DNA of 45,261 nt. Origin: a virus. Taxonomy: Duplodnaviria; Caudoviricetes. The notes beneath the pieces were generated by a model. It saw only the letters and a program-made list of their open reading frames with translations. It searched no databases and was not told where the DNA came from. Shown here in pieces: positions 27,600 through 36,082 of this stretch. Position 1 is the stretch's first letter; each line of letters begins with the position of its first letter. Both the position numbers and the translations under genes were made by a program. The stretch covers positions 1-45,261 of IMG/VR virus record IMGVR_UViG_3300032269_000993. One strand, written 5' to 3'.

Positions 27600-28005
27600 G
27601 GCAACTGTGATTTCACAGTCGAGGTTCGATGACCCAAAAGGTGTCTTCTTATTTTTTTTATTTTTTTATAATATATATAGTAATAGTCACAGTGTATGAG
27701 AAAACCTTGGTACCAAAGGAAAAGGCACTGTGCAGCAACTGTGAACCACTGTGAACCCATCAGATTTCCCTTTGTTTACGTAGTATTCTTTTTACAGTGA
27801 TTTCCCTGTCTCTGTGAACTCCACTGTAACAGCTGGCAGACAATAATTACATAGTGTCACAGGATTGATAACATTGAACATCTTAGTCCTTGGTAATTTG
27901 ATAACATTTTGATAAAGTAACAGAGCTTCCTTGTCACAGTTAAAACCCTTGGTGCCAAAGAACTTAGTCCTACTACTTGACACACAATGAACTATGTGTC
28001 ACAGT
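27600..28005. repeat. Origin-like element copy B at the strand switch
   Basis: About 11 ACTGTGA/TCACAGT-like heptamers, AT tract 27648-27685, 26-bp identity with copy A; upstream of HTH, helicase and polymerase. Confidence 0.75.
27977..28005 (+). promoter_or_regulatory. Promoter with embedded inverted repeat (operator)
   Basis: TTGACA-17 nt-CACAGT; TGACACA-N10-TGTGTCA. Confidence 0.55.
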
Positions 28006-28026
28006 ATATTTAAGGAGGAAGGAACT

Positions 28027-28419
28027 ATGAACACAGAAATGGAGTTACATGAGCTCGCAGGTGTCATTGGTATCAGTGTTAGAACATTGTACCGAGCACT
28101 TCGTAAAGCCGATGTTCGCATTGATTACAAGGTTAGTCATAGAGGTAAGCGTAAATCAGTGGTCACAGTTAACGATGTGGTCATATCACACATAAAGGAG
28201 GCACTATGTAAACGCAGCTTTAGACCAAAGCGTCTTGATAACTTGGTTGGTTTGTTCTATATCGTTAAGGATGGATTGACACTAAGAGAATTTAAGATTG
28301 CTGTGAACGATGTAGTCAGCATAACAGAGACAAGCTGTTTCAATGGTCTGTTTACGTACACAATGATAACTTGGGATAACACAGTCTACGAAGTAACAAC
28401 TAGGGAGAAATTGAAATGA
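28027..28419 (+). CDS. HTH DNA-binding protein (start moved to ATG 28027)
   Basis: LHELAGVIGISVRTLYRAL helix-turn-helix; AGGAGG/AAGGA RBS. Confidence 0.75.
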   Translation: MNTEMELHELAGVIGISVRTLYRALRKADVRIDYKVSHRGKRKSVVTVNDVVISHIKEALCKRSFRPKRLDNLVGLFYIVKDGLTLREFKIAVNDVVSITETSCFNGLFTYTMITWDNTVYEVTTREKLK

Positions 28420-28643
28420 GTAAGTTTATACATGTAACTGAGTCAGATGGCACAGAGTTTGCACTATCCGTTAATAACATAGTAAGTATTGAACCACAGT
28501 TTGAACCTAGCAACCCTGAGTTAATTGTAGAAGGTAGGTTTATTATAAGAGTAAGCTTTTACGGTAAAACTCATAGGTTAGACAATGTGCAGTTAGCAGC
28601 ATATTTCGAAAATATAGATGATGTAATGGAATTTATTAAATAA
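28416..28643 (+). CDS. Hypothetical protein
   Basis: ATGA overlap with the upstream gene. Confidence 0.65.
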   Translation: MSKFIHVTESDGTEFALSVNNIVSIEPQFEPSNPELIVEGRFIIRVSFYGKTHRLDNVQLAAYFENIDDVMEFIK

Positions 28644-28693
28644 AAAACCCCCATTGTTCGCGCAATGAGGATTCAAAAAATGAGGACTATAGT
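28642..28693 (-). ncRNA. Putative antisense sRNA over the helicase RBS
   Basis: Minus promoter TTGCGG(28728-23)-17 nt-TACTAT(28705-00); terminator CCUCAUUG/CAAUGGGG + U6. Confidence 0.5.
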
Positions 28694-28695
28694 AC

Positions 28696-30234
28696 ATGAA
28701 TAGTAACATGCTAGCGGACTTTCCGCAATCTAAAAAGTATTCTTTTTTCCTAAGAAACGGTGAGCTTAAGGTAAATAATGTAATCTCTGGTAAGTCAGGC
28801 TCACTGACCGCAGCGGTTATGAATGAACTTAAGAATGAGTGGAAATTGCACGAAGATATCCTTGCACAAGAGATATCAAGGATACGCCATAGCCTAATTG
28901 CCGTTGAGAATGAGAAAGAGAAGGCTAATCTTAAAGAGATTTCTAAGCACACAGATAACACAATGATGACTAAGGATGAGATGAAACAGTACTATGAGTC
29001 CTGTTACTACTTCATGACTAAGTCCATGGGTGATGGTTGGCTCATTGACCTTGAGAATCATAAATTTACAATGATTGACAAGAGTGCCATAGCCGATGTG
29101 ATTGAAGATAAGGACGAGAACAAGGCTTACTGGAAATCAAGGTATTTCATTGGTAAACGTGAATACAATCCACATAAGCACTCAATACTATACGATGTGG
29201 TCGATGGTAACATTACATATAAAGCAATGAATACTTATTACTTGCCAACATGGAAGAAAGAGTATCCAAAGCCACCTGTGCAACTAGACCCTTTGTTAGT
29301 TAAGTTCTTTAAGCACTTGTTTCCAGAGCGTGATTGTCAACTCTACATCATGGACTGGATAGCGAACTCTATGTTCACTCGTAACATGTGCTACTTGATA
29401 CTCATTGGTGAGAAACGTGTAGGCAAAGGTCTCTTGGTTGATATGATTTCCCGTGTACATCGTAGGGAAAACGTGCAAACAAGGTCATCTGAGCAAGCCT
29501 ACGACTTGTATGATGGTGACTTAGCATTCACGACCGTTGTGAGCTTTGATGAAATAACCATTTGCAATAGTAAGCAATACAATTACTTAAAGACTTTTGC
29601 CAATGATTACAAGAACTATCGAGCCATGCACTCAGAGAGTTTTACTGCAAACAATTACGCAAACGTTATTATTACTTTGAACAAAGAGTCGTCCATATCA
29701 GCACTAGACACACAAGACGGGAGGTTATCAGTGCCAAAGTTAACAAGTAAGAAATTAGTTGAGTCATTCACAGAGGAAGAAAGAAAGAGATTATGGACAG
29801 ACGACAGCTTGATTGAGAACCTGGTTGCTTACTGTTTCCATAGTAAACCAACTCGTGATATGGCCGTGAGACACGTCAACTTAGAAGAACTTGAGAAGGT
29901 CACGACTCTTGCAATGCCTAACTATATGGCCGAATTTCTAGAAATTTGCCGTGAACTTATGCTCAAAGAGTTCAAGAATTTAGACGGGGCACTAAAAGCA
30001 TATAATGATTCAGGTAACAAGAACTTTAAGTTTGTAATACCTACAAACATAGTGTCAAAGGCTATCGTGCGCTGTGAAGACCATAAGAACCCTGATTTAC
30101 GTAGTATCTCACAGAACAAGTTACATAAGTTCTTTGTGAATCACCCTGAATCAGGGAAAACTATGCGCCAGACTTCGGAGACTAAGTATAAGATTTTGAC
30201 AAACAATGATTTACTGGGTATTGCTACAAAATAA
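28696..30234 (+). CDS. SF3-type helicase / primase-helicase (DUF5906-like)
   Basis: Walker A LIGEKRVGKG, Walker B VSFDEI, motif C NVIITLN, arginine finger DGRL. Confidence 0.85.
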   Translation: MNSNMLADFPQSKKYSFFLRNGELKVNNVISGKSGSLTAAVMNELKNEWKLHEDILAQEISRIRHSLIAVENEKEKANLKEISKHTDNTMMTKDEMKQYYESCYYFMTKSMGDGWLIDLENHKFTMIDKSAIADVIEDKDENKAYWKSRYFIGKREYNPHKHSILYDVVDGNITYKAMNTYYLPTWKKEYPKPPVQLDPLLVKFFKHLFPERDCQLYIMDWIANSMFTRNMCYLILIGEKRVGKGLLVDMISRVHRRENVQTRSSEQAYDLYDGDLAFTTVVSFDEITICNSKQYNYLKTFANDYKNYRAMHSESFTANNYANVIITLNKESSISALDTQDGRLSVPKLTSKKLVESFTEEERKRLWTDDSLIENLVAYCFHSKPTRDMAVRHVNLEELEKVTTLAMPNYMAEFLEICRELMLKEFKNLDGALKAYNDSGNKNFKFVIPTNIVSKAIVRCEDHKNPDLRSISQNKLHKFFVNHPESGKTMRQTSETKYKILTNNDLLGIATK

Positions 30235-30298
30235 AAAACCGCAGGGGATGACTGCGGTTCACCGATTAGAGTGTGGGAGGAGTTACTCTGTTTGGCTT
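30233..30298 (-). ncRNA. Putative antisense sRNA in the helicase-polymerase gap
   Basis: Minus promoter TTGTTT(30333-28)-17 nt-TATTGT(30310-05); hairpin AACCGCAG/CTGCGGTT with the U-run on the minus strand. Confidence 0.4.
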
Positions 30299-30353
30299 AT
30301 ATCAACAATAGGTGTCATCAGGAAAAAAAACAATAGATAAAAAGGACTAGGTT

Positions 30354-32252
30354 ATGAAAAACTTTACAAATGTTTACATTGATATGGAGTATAGAAAAAA
30401 CGACGTTACAGGAACCTTTAAACTGATATGTGTGTCTTTAGAAGTAGATGAGTTGGTAACATCATTTGATTTGAGACACGATGACAAAGATTTTAAAGAT
30501 TTTATTAATAAGTTAAGTAATCCATTATTTATAGCGTACAACGTAGCAGGTGCAGAGGGTCAGGCGTTAACTCAGATAATGGGTCACAAATGGATGTTGA
30601 AAACGAACTGGATTGACTTATGGGTAGAATTTAAGCAGTATTCTTTAACACATCCCGATTATATGAATCAAAAGAACGGTATAACTACGGCTTTGGATAC
30701 CTTTGAGATACCATATAACGCTGATAAAGAGGGAACCCGTGAGATTATCTTAGGTAACGATGAGTACACAGACGCTCAGATGGCTCAGATTATCAAGTAC
30801 TGTGAAGCCGATGTTCTATCTTTGAGACCATTAGCACGTAAGTTGTTCATTATTGGCCAAGATTACGGTGTAACCCTTGATGATATGATTGAACGTGGTC
30901 GCTATTGTCGCAACGTTGGCGTATCTCAGTTCTGTTCACGTGGTTTCCCAATGGACAAAGAGTTAACAAAGGCTGTCTTTAATAATCGTCAGAAGCTGCG
31001 CAATGCACTTAGTGCTCAATGTAACGAAGTGACAGGGTTCAAGATATACAAAGAAAATACTAAGGGTCGTGGTGAACACAAAGTCTTTACACATTATAGC
31101 TTTAGCTTCAGCGAATTCGCTGAATACCTTGAGTCTAAGGGTCTGCTACATACTTGGAAACGCACAGAGGCTGGTAGACTTTGCATGGAAGAGGACTATG
31201 TAGACGAAATGGTCAGCGGTTACAAGACAATCATCGAGCCTGTGTACTTAGCACGCAATACATTGAAGCAATTGAACTCCACAGACCTCAGCGCAATCAT
31301 GGATGACGATGGATACATTAGACCTGATTATTGGGTATTTCATCAAAAGACTTCAAGGACAAGTCCTAAGCCAGCCAAAGGGTTCATAATGAATCTATGC
31401 CCTTGGTTACGTATGCTATGCAGACCAGCGCCAGGACGTGCCCTTGTTACCATAGACTTTAAGTCCCAAGAGGTCTTAGTAGCTGCGGCGTTAGCTAAAG
31501 ATTACTCAATGCTCGAAGATTACTTGACCGATATTTACCTTGGTCAAGGTAAGAAGACTGGGTTTATTCCTAAGGAAGCTACAAAGAAGTCACATAAAAC
31601 AATGCGCGACGGATTTAAGCCCGTGGTCTTAGGTACTAGTTTTGGAATGCAAGCGAAGTCATTGTCAATACATTTTTACAACTTCTGGAAAGATCTTGGT
31701 ATCGAGAAAGACCTAGGTGACTGCGAGTCCGACGCTCGTGAGTTTCTTTACAATCACAAGGAGTCGTATGCAGCGTACTATGATTTCATTGCTGACACGC
31801 TGTATTCTATGAAAGACAACGGATACATAGAGACTGTGGACGCTTGGAAGTACTTTTATTCCCGTGGTATGCGTGAGAACTCGGTTAAGAATCTTAAAAT
31901 GCAAGGTAACGGTGCAGCAATGACTCGTCGGGCTAGTAACTATTGTATCGAGGACTACAATGTTTGGGTTATCCCACTGCACGACGCTGTTTACTTTGAA
32001 TGCGCAGAGTCCGAAGCTGTAGAGTTAGCCAAAAAAGTCAGCGCTGCAATGGTTCAAGCGAGCATTGATACCTTGGGTGAAGAGTTCGGTAAGCACATGG
32101 GTACAGCGACACAGATATTCACGCACACTATGCCTTACTATGATAAACGTGGTGAGACAATGTATCGCCGAGTAACTAAGGAACTAGGTTTCCCTTGTCC
32201 CGAGGAATTTACGAAGCCACCAGAGATTGAGAACATCCACAACCCAGCGTAA
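30354..32252 (+). CDS. polA: DNA polymerase family A with 3'-5' exonuclease
   Basis: Exo I YIDMEY, Exo III YCEADV, motif A IDFKSQE, motif B RDGFKPVVLGTSFG, motif C LHDAV. Confidence 0.93.
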   Translation: MKNFTNVYIDMEYRKNDVTGTFKLICVSLEVDELVTSFDLRHDDKDFKDFINKLSNPLFIAYNVAGAEGQALTQIMGHKWMLKTNWIDLWVEFKQYSLTHPDYMNQKNGITTALDTFEIPYNADKEGTREIILGNDEYTDAQMAQIIKYCEADVLSLRPLARKLFIIGQDYGVTLDDMIERGRYCRNVGVSQFCSRGFPMDKELTKAVFNNRQKLRNALSAQCNEVTGFKIYKENTKGRGEHKVFTHYSFSFSEFAEYLESKGLLHTWKRTEAGRLCMEEDYVDEMVSGYKTIIEPVYLARNTLKQLNSTDLSAIMDDDGYIRPDYWVFHQKTSRTSPKPAKGFIMNLCPWLRMLCRPAPGRALVTIDFKSQEVLVAAALAKDYSMLEDYLTDIYLGQGKKTGFIPKEATKKSHKTMRDGFKPVVLGTSFGMQAKSLSIHFYNFWKDLGIEKDLGDCESDAREFLYNHKESYAAYYDFIADTLYSMKDNGYIETVDAWKYFYSRGMRENSVKNLKMQGNGAAMTRRASNYCIEDYNVWVIPLHDAVYFECAESEAVELAKKVSAAMVQASIDTLGEEFGKHMGTATQIFTHTMPYYDKRGETMYRRVTKELGFPCPEEFTKPPEIENIHNPA

Positions 32253-32270
32253 CAACTGGGTTTTTCTTTG
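32241..32270 (+). terminator. Intrinsic terminator after the polymerase
   Basis: AACCCAG-8 nt-CTGGGTT followed by TTTCTTT. Confidence 0.65.
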
Positions 32271-32295
32271 TGACAAAAATTCTTTGACCCGTCGC

Positions 32296-32324
32296 TTGAC
32301 TTTGGATGCCACGAGTGGCATCCT
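32296..32324 (+). promoter_or_regulatory. Promoter P2 with palindrome
   Basis: TTGACT-17 nt-CATCCT; GGATGCCA-CGAG-TGGCATCC overlaps the spacer and -10. Confidence 0.65.
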
Positions 32325-32330
32325 TAGAAC

Positions 32331-32520
32331 AGGAAGAGTGATAGCTCTGACAGCAACGAGAGTCTAGGGGAAGCAGCGAACGGTGCCTCTAGGAGTACAA
32401 GGGAACCCAACTACATAGGGTTTGACCATATAGCAGTGAGACCTGCTTCAAGTTGAATTGATTTCAACGATGACAACGTAAACAACGTAAAGTAGTTCCT
32501 GTGGTGCGGTTTCACCACGT
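32331..32520 (+). ncRNA. Structured leader RNA copy 1
   Basis: Series of hairpins homologous to 36682-36860. Confidence 0.6.
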
Positions 32521-32593
32521 TAAAACATAAACACATCGGGACAAAATACATAGTTTCCATTGTCACTTTGCAATTAATACTAGGAGACACAAT

Positions 32594-32929
32594 ATGACAG
32601 TAGAATTTAGAATCATTGAGATTGTTGGAGAATACGAAGGTGACGAGTACGAAGAAACATATCAAGTGTTAAAAGATGGCTTTGAATCTAAGAAATCTGC
32701 CAGTGAGTACGCAGTAGCTAATTACCAAAGTAAACAATACTTTATACGTGGTGACAAACTAAAGTACCTGACAAAGCAACAAGAACTAGCTTACAAATTA
32801 CAGAAAGAACTAAAAGAATTGTTATACTTAAAACCAGGCGACAACGATGTACGTAGAGATATTACTGCGAATCAAAATAGATTAGATAAACTTAGTAAAC
32901 AAATAGAAAAAGAAATCAGAGGACAATAA
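32594..32929 (+). CDS. Hypothetical protein
   Basis: AGGAG RBS; first gene after the leader RNA. Confidence 0.7.
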   Translation: MTVEFRIIEIVGEYEGDEYEETYQVLKDGFESKKSASEYAVANYQSKQYFIRGDKLKYLTKQQELAYKLQKELKELLYLKPGDNDVRRDITANQNRLDKLSKQIEKEIRGQ

Positions 32930-33150
32930 TGAAACACATTTACATGTACGAATACAAAGCAGCGTTGAGCGATGGCACGGATATAACAATGAGGTCTGTG
33001 AATCTTAGTGTATTCAGAGCCTTAGTTAAACGTTATGACAAGAAATCAAGTATTACAAAGATAACTATGACTCTTGCATTCACTGGTGACAATGACACAG
33101 GGTTTGGCATTGAAGAATACAACAAAGTAATCTGGGAGGTAGCAAAATGA
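32929..33150 (+). CDS. Hypothetical protein
   Basis: Coupled ORF with GAGG RBS. Confidence 0.65.
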   Translation: MKHIYMYEYKAALSDGTDITMRSVNLSVFRALVKRYDKKSSITKITMTLAFTGDNDTGFGIEEYNKVIWEVAK

Positions 33151-33374
33151 TGACAGAATCTGGAATCATTGATATTGAAAAGCTTTGTGTCGGGGATAGT
33201 TTATACTACGTTGGAAAATACAAAGTAAGAGGTAGACATTATAAAGTTATTGATATTTGTAAGCGTACTGAAACTGTAACACTGTCTAAATGGAAAGGAA
33301 AAAGGGAAATGAAAATAACCTTTGACCTACTAATAGCAATTTTTATAACTATTGAAAAAGGACAAGGATGGTAA
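33147..33374 (+). CDS. Hypothetical protein
   Basis: GGAGG RBS, ATGA overlap. Confidence 0.6.
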   Translation: MMTESGIIDIEKLCVGDSLYYVGKYKVRGRHYKVIDICKRTETVTLSKWKGKREMKITFDLLIAIFITIEKGQGW

Positions 33375-33376
33375 CT

Positions 33377-33544
33377 ATGACACGACGTATACTACTTGAA
33401 CCACAAGACACCGTTAAGATTGATGGCAAAGATTACAGAGTTTGTGACCACATGTTCGAAGGTGATACAACGGTTACAATATTAGTCAAAGGGAAAGGAG
33501 CAGTAACTATAGGAAAGGAGATACTCGATGAAAGTGTTGAATAG
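33377..33544 (+). CDS. Hypothetical protein (55 aa, not in the track)
   Basis: MTRRILLEPQDTVKIDGKDYRV...; fills the gap with AAGGA RBS. Confidence 0.55.
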   Translation: MTRRILLEPQDTVKIDGKDYRVCDHMFEGDTTVTILVKGKGAVTIGKEILDESVE

Positions 33545-33752
33545 TTTCTATTTGACCACAGATGATGTAGCAGATATGTTTCAGCGTTACTTAGAAGACA
33601 TCGGTGCCGCTGACTTAGAAAACGAAGTGGAATACAGCGAATTTGAGAAAACATTTCAAGAGTGGCTAGGAAACATGGAAGCCAATGAGTTGATTCTTTG
33701 GTCTCCACGTGAACAATGTTACTACGTAAAGAAGGAGAACTTAGAACTATGA
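33528..33752 (+). CDS. Hypothetical protein, paralog of 24768..25034
   Basis: AGGAG RBS; shared motif pattern. Confidence 0.65.
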   Translation: MKVLNSFYLTTDDVADMFQRYLEDIGAADLENEVEYSEFEKTFQEWLGNMEANELILWSPREQCYYVKKENLEL

Positions 33753-34039
33753 AAACAGCATGGGAAATATTGAGAGAAGAAAGCATTGCGGCGATGGGCT
33801 TGTCACGAGGTAAAGACGAAGCCCTAGGGGCTGCGTATCAAAAATACTTAGACACAAAGGAAGAAATAAACTCAAAAATACTGAGAGATAACCCAGAATT
33901 AGATGTGAACAACAAAAAACTTTTAAAATTAGCCTCTATGGGCTTTGGTTACCTTGTTACAACAGACGATTTACTTAAAATAAAGGACTTAGAAAATGAA
34001 AATAGTAATAACAATGTTGCTCAGTCTAACAATAGTTAG
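33749..34039 (+). CDS. Hypothetical protein (start moved to ATG 33749)
   Basis: AGGAG RBS, ATGA overlap. Confidence 0.6.
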   Translation: MKTAWEILREESIAAMGLSRGKDEALGAAYQKYLDTKEEINSKILRDNPELDVNNKKLLKLASMGFGYLVTTDDLLKIKDLENENSNNNVAQSNNS

Positions 34040-34463
34040 TTGTGGCGCAAACAGAGGAAATCAGTTCAAAGACCCAGAGTTAACCAATGTGATTATGCAA
34101 GCTGCGAATGACTTAGAGTCACGCAGTTTCAACACATCAAAGATTTGGACTAACGTTGATAGCTGGGAATTTAGTAACGACGCTTACACTGGTGAAAATG
34201 GTCGCTGTGACCATGCAAACAGTGATATAGAGTTTAACCTCACCCAAGCTGACCAAGGAAACCACGTAACGATTAATCGGGAAATGTGGAATACCTTGAA
34301 TATCTGGGAGCGCAAAGAGCTTTTGATTCATGAGCTGGCACATTGTGCCTATGGAATTGAACACAGTAAATATGGACTTATGAACCCAGAGTTAATATTG
34401 ATAAAGAATCAACAAGGATACGACAATATTTTAGACAACTTTGTATATGGAGTAAAACAATGA
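33996..34463 (+). CDS. Lipoprotein zinc metallopeptidase (zincin)
   Basis: Signal and lipobox [16 protein letters not shown]; [12 protein letters not shown] and Met-turn-like GLMNP. Confidence 0.8.
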   Translation: MKIVITMLLSLTIVSCGANRGNQFKDPELTNVIMQAANDLESRSFNTSKIWTNVDSWEFSNDAYTGENGRCDHANSDIEFNLTQADQGNHVTINREMWNTLNIWERKELLIHELAHCAYGIEHSKYGLMNPELILIKNQQGYDNILDNFVYGVKQ

Positions 34464-34906
34464 GTTCTGGGTGTAAATATAAAGAAGTGATATTACCCAA
34501 AAGGAAAAGAATTACCCTAATTGCTCATGACAACAAAAAGAAAGAATTATTAGATTGGTCCGTATCACACAGGGATAAACTAGTTGAACATGAATTATAT
34601 GCTACAAGTACAACAGGTAGGTTGATAGAAACAGAGACTGGTCTTAAAGTTACTTGCTTCCAAAGTGGGCCATTAGGTGGGGATATGCAAGTGGGTTCTC
34701 ATATAGTAGAAGGGAAATTAGACCTTATTGTTTTTTTCTGGGACCCTTTAACTAATCAACCTCATGACCCAGACGTTAAAGCGTTATTAAGAATTGCTGT
34801 TGTTTGGAATGTACCCCTAGCATGTAATCTGTCATCCGCCGATTTCTTAATTAGTTCACTATATTTTTCAAGTGAATATAAAAAACAAATGAAGGAGATA
34901 AAATGA
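34460..34906 (+). CDS. mgsA: Methylglyoxal synthase
   Basis: [50 protein letters not shown] all present. Confidence 0.95.
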   Translation: MSSGCKYKEVILPKRKRITLIAHDNKKKELLDWSVSHRDKLVEHELYATSTTGRLIETETGLKVTCFQSGPLGGDMQVGSHIVEGKLDLIVFFWDPLTNQPHDPDVKALLRIAVVWNVPLACNLSSADFLISSLYFSSEYKKQMKEIK

Positions 34907-35184
34907 CTAACAATTTTAAACACGTAGATATCAACACAAAGATTTACAACGGTAATGCCGTAGTCGTAGAGTTCACCTATCGTGACGTTATCTACACAAA
35001 CGGCGTGGAACTTTCCGAAGTAATCAGGGCAAACATGATACCGCAGACCTTTGTTTTCAAGCGCCTAGTTGAGCCTTTTGTTCATGTGAGCGGCATAAAG
35101 TACACAATGGATCAGTTGCACGAGTTTAACACAGTGGTTTGTAACAAAGTGGCGGCGATAGCGTCGTTTCCAAAGGAGGTGTGA
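34903..35184 (+). CDS. Hypothetical protein
   Basis: AGGAG RBS, ATGA overlap. Confidence 0.65.
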   Translation: MTNNFKHVDINTKIYNGNAVVVEFTYRDVIYTNGVELSEVIRANMIPQTFVFKRLVEPFVHVSGIKYTMDQLHEFNTVVCNKVAAIASFPKEV

Positions 35185-35459
35185 TAATGTGCCATAATTT
35201 AATAAGCGATTTAGAACTCAATGATTACATCATTGACTACGCTGGTAAAATGTTCAAGGTTAACGATAAGCGCATAGTGGCCGATGGTTCCGAAGTGGTT
35301 CTTGCTCTCGAAGAAGTTACGAAAGCAAAGAGACCCAACACACTGGAACGGGGATTTTACCTAAGTGGTCGCTGGTTCACATCATTATACGAAGAAAAGA
35401 ATCATCCAAGGGATATCAAGGAAATAATCAAAGGAAGCGAGGTGAGCTATGGCTTTTGA
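35181..35459 (+). CDS. Hypothetical protein
   Basis: AGGAGG RBS. Confidence 0.65.
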   Translation: MIMCHNLISDLELNDYIIDYAGKMFKVNDKRIVADGSEVVLALEEVTKAKRPNTLERGFYLSGRWFTSLYEEKNHPRDIKEIIKGSEVSYGF

Positions 35460-35778
35460 AACCAAGTTTGACGTTGACGGCTATGAACCAATTTACAACC
35501 AACTAAGTTTACATATGAAAAAAGTATACTTGAACTTTGTACTTAAGCACCGGGGTGGCGTTGGTAGACCATCAGACAATGTTCAATTTGACCGTGAGTT
35601 ACATTTTTACAATGAGTGTAAGCGTGAGCTTGTTGCAATTACACGTAGAATCGAGTATCGTACGTGGTCATGTAACGAGGTGACCTATGATAGACAACGT
35701 GACCTAGCGGCTTTGCACCGACACTTTAGGTTTACGTTGAGCTTTTTGTTTAACCATAACGTTGGGGAGGATAGATAA
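35449..35778 (+). CDS. Hypothetical protein
   Basis: GAGGTG RBS. Confidence 0.65.
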   Translation: MAFETKFDVDGYEPIYNQLSLHMKKVYLNFVLKHRGGVGRPSDNVQFDRELHFYNECKRELVAITRRIEYRTWSCNEVTYDRQRDLAALHRHFRFTLSFLFNHNVGEDR

Positions 35779-35780
35779 CA

Positions 35781-35939
35781 ATGGATTTAGGTGACTTACA
35801 CAATAGTATCATTGATTTACTCGAAGACTTTGAGAAACACTATCCAGAGGATTACAAAGGTGACGCAGAATACACAAGTTTTGTAATGGCCGCTGATTAC
35901 TTTTTAAAATGGGGACACTGGGAGGACAAAGACGAATGA
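35781..35939 (+). CDS. Hypothetical acidic protein (52 aa, not in the track)
   Basis: GGAGG RBS; MDLGDLHNSIIDLLEDFEKHY... Confidence 0.55.
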   Translation: MDLGDLHNSIIDLLEDFEKHYPEDYKGDAEYTSFVMAADYFLKWGHWEDKDE

Positions 35940-36082
35940 CAAGGCAAGAGCGCAAAGAACTCTATGCAAAATGGGACAAGGTTACATTAGATGACCTTGT
36001 TGCCATGGACGAGGAAACATACGGTAGATATAGGGTCTACGTAGCTAAGAAACGCAGAAAAGCAAAGGAAACTAAGAAATGA
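35936..36082 (+). CDS. Hypothetical basic protein (48 aa, not in the track)
   Basis: GGAGG RBS; ATGA overlaps at both ends. Confidence 0.55.
   Translation: MTRQERKELYAKWDKVTLDDLVAMDEETYGRYRVYVAKKRRKAKETKK

Noticed and set aside
27604-27619. CRP site (TGTGA...TCACA)
   Set aside because: Spacer is 2 nt rather than 6; better explained as two of the local heptamers
32499-32530. Pistol ribozyme (GTGG...CCACGTTAAA resembles its P1 and linker)
   Set aside because: No downstream complement to the loop for the required pseudoknot, and not conserved in leader copy 2
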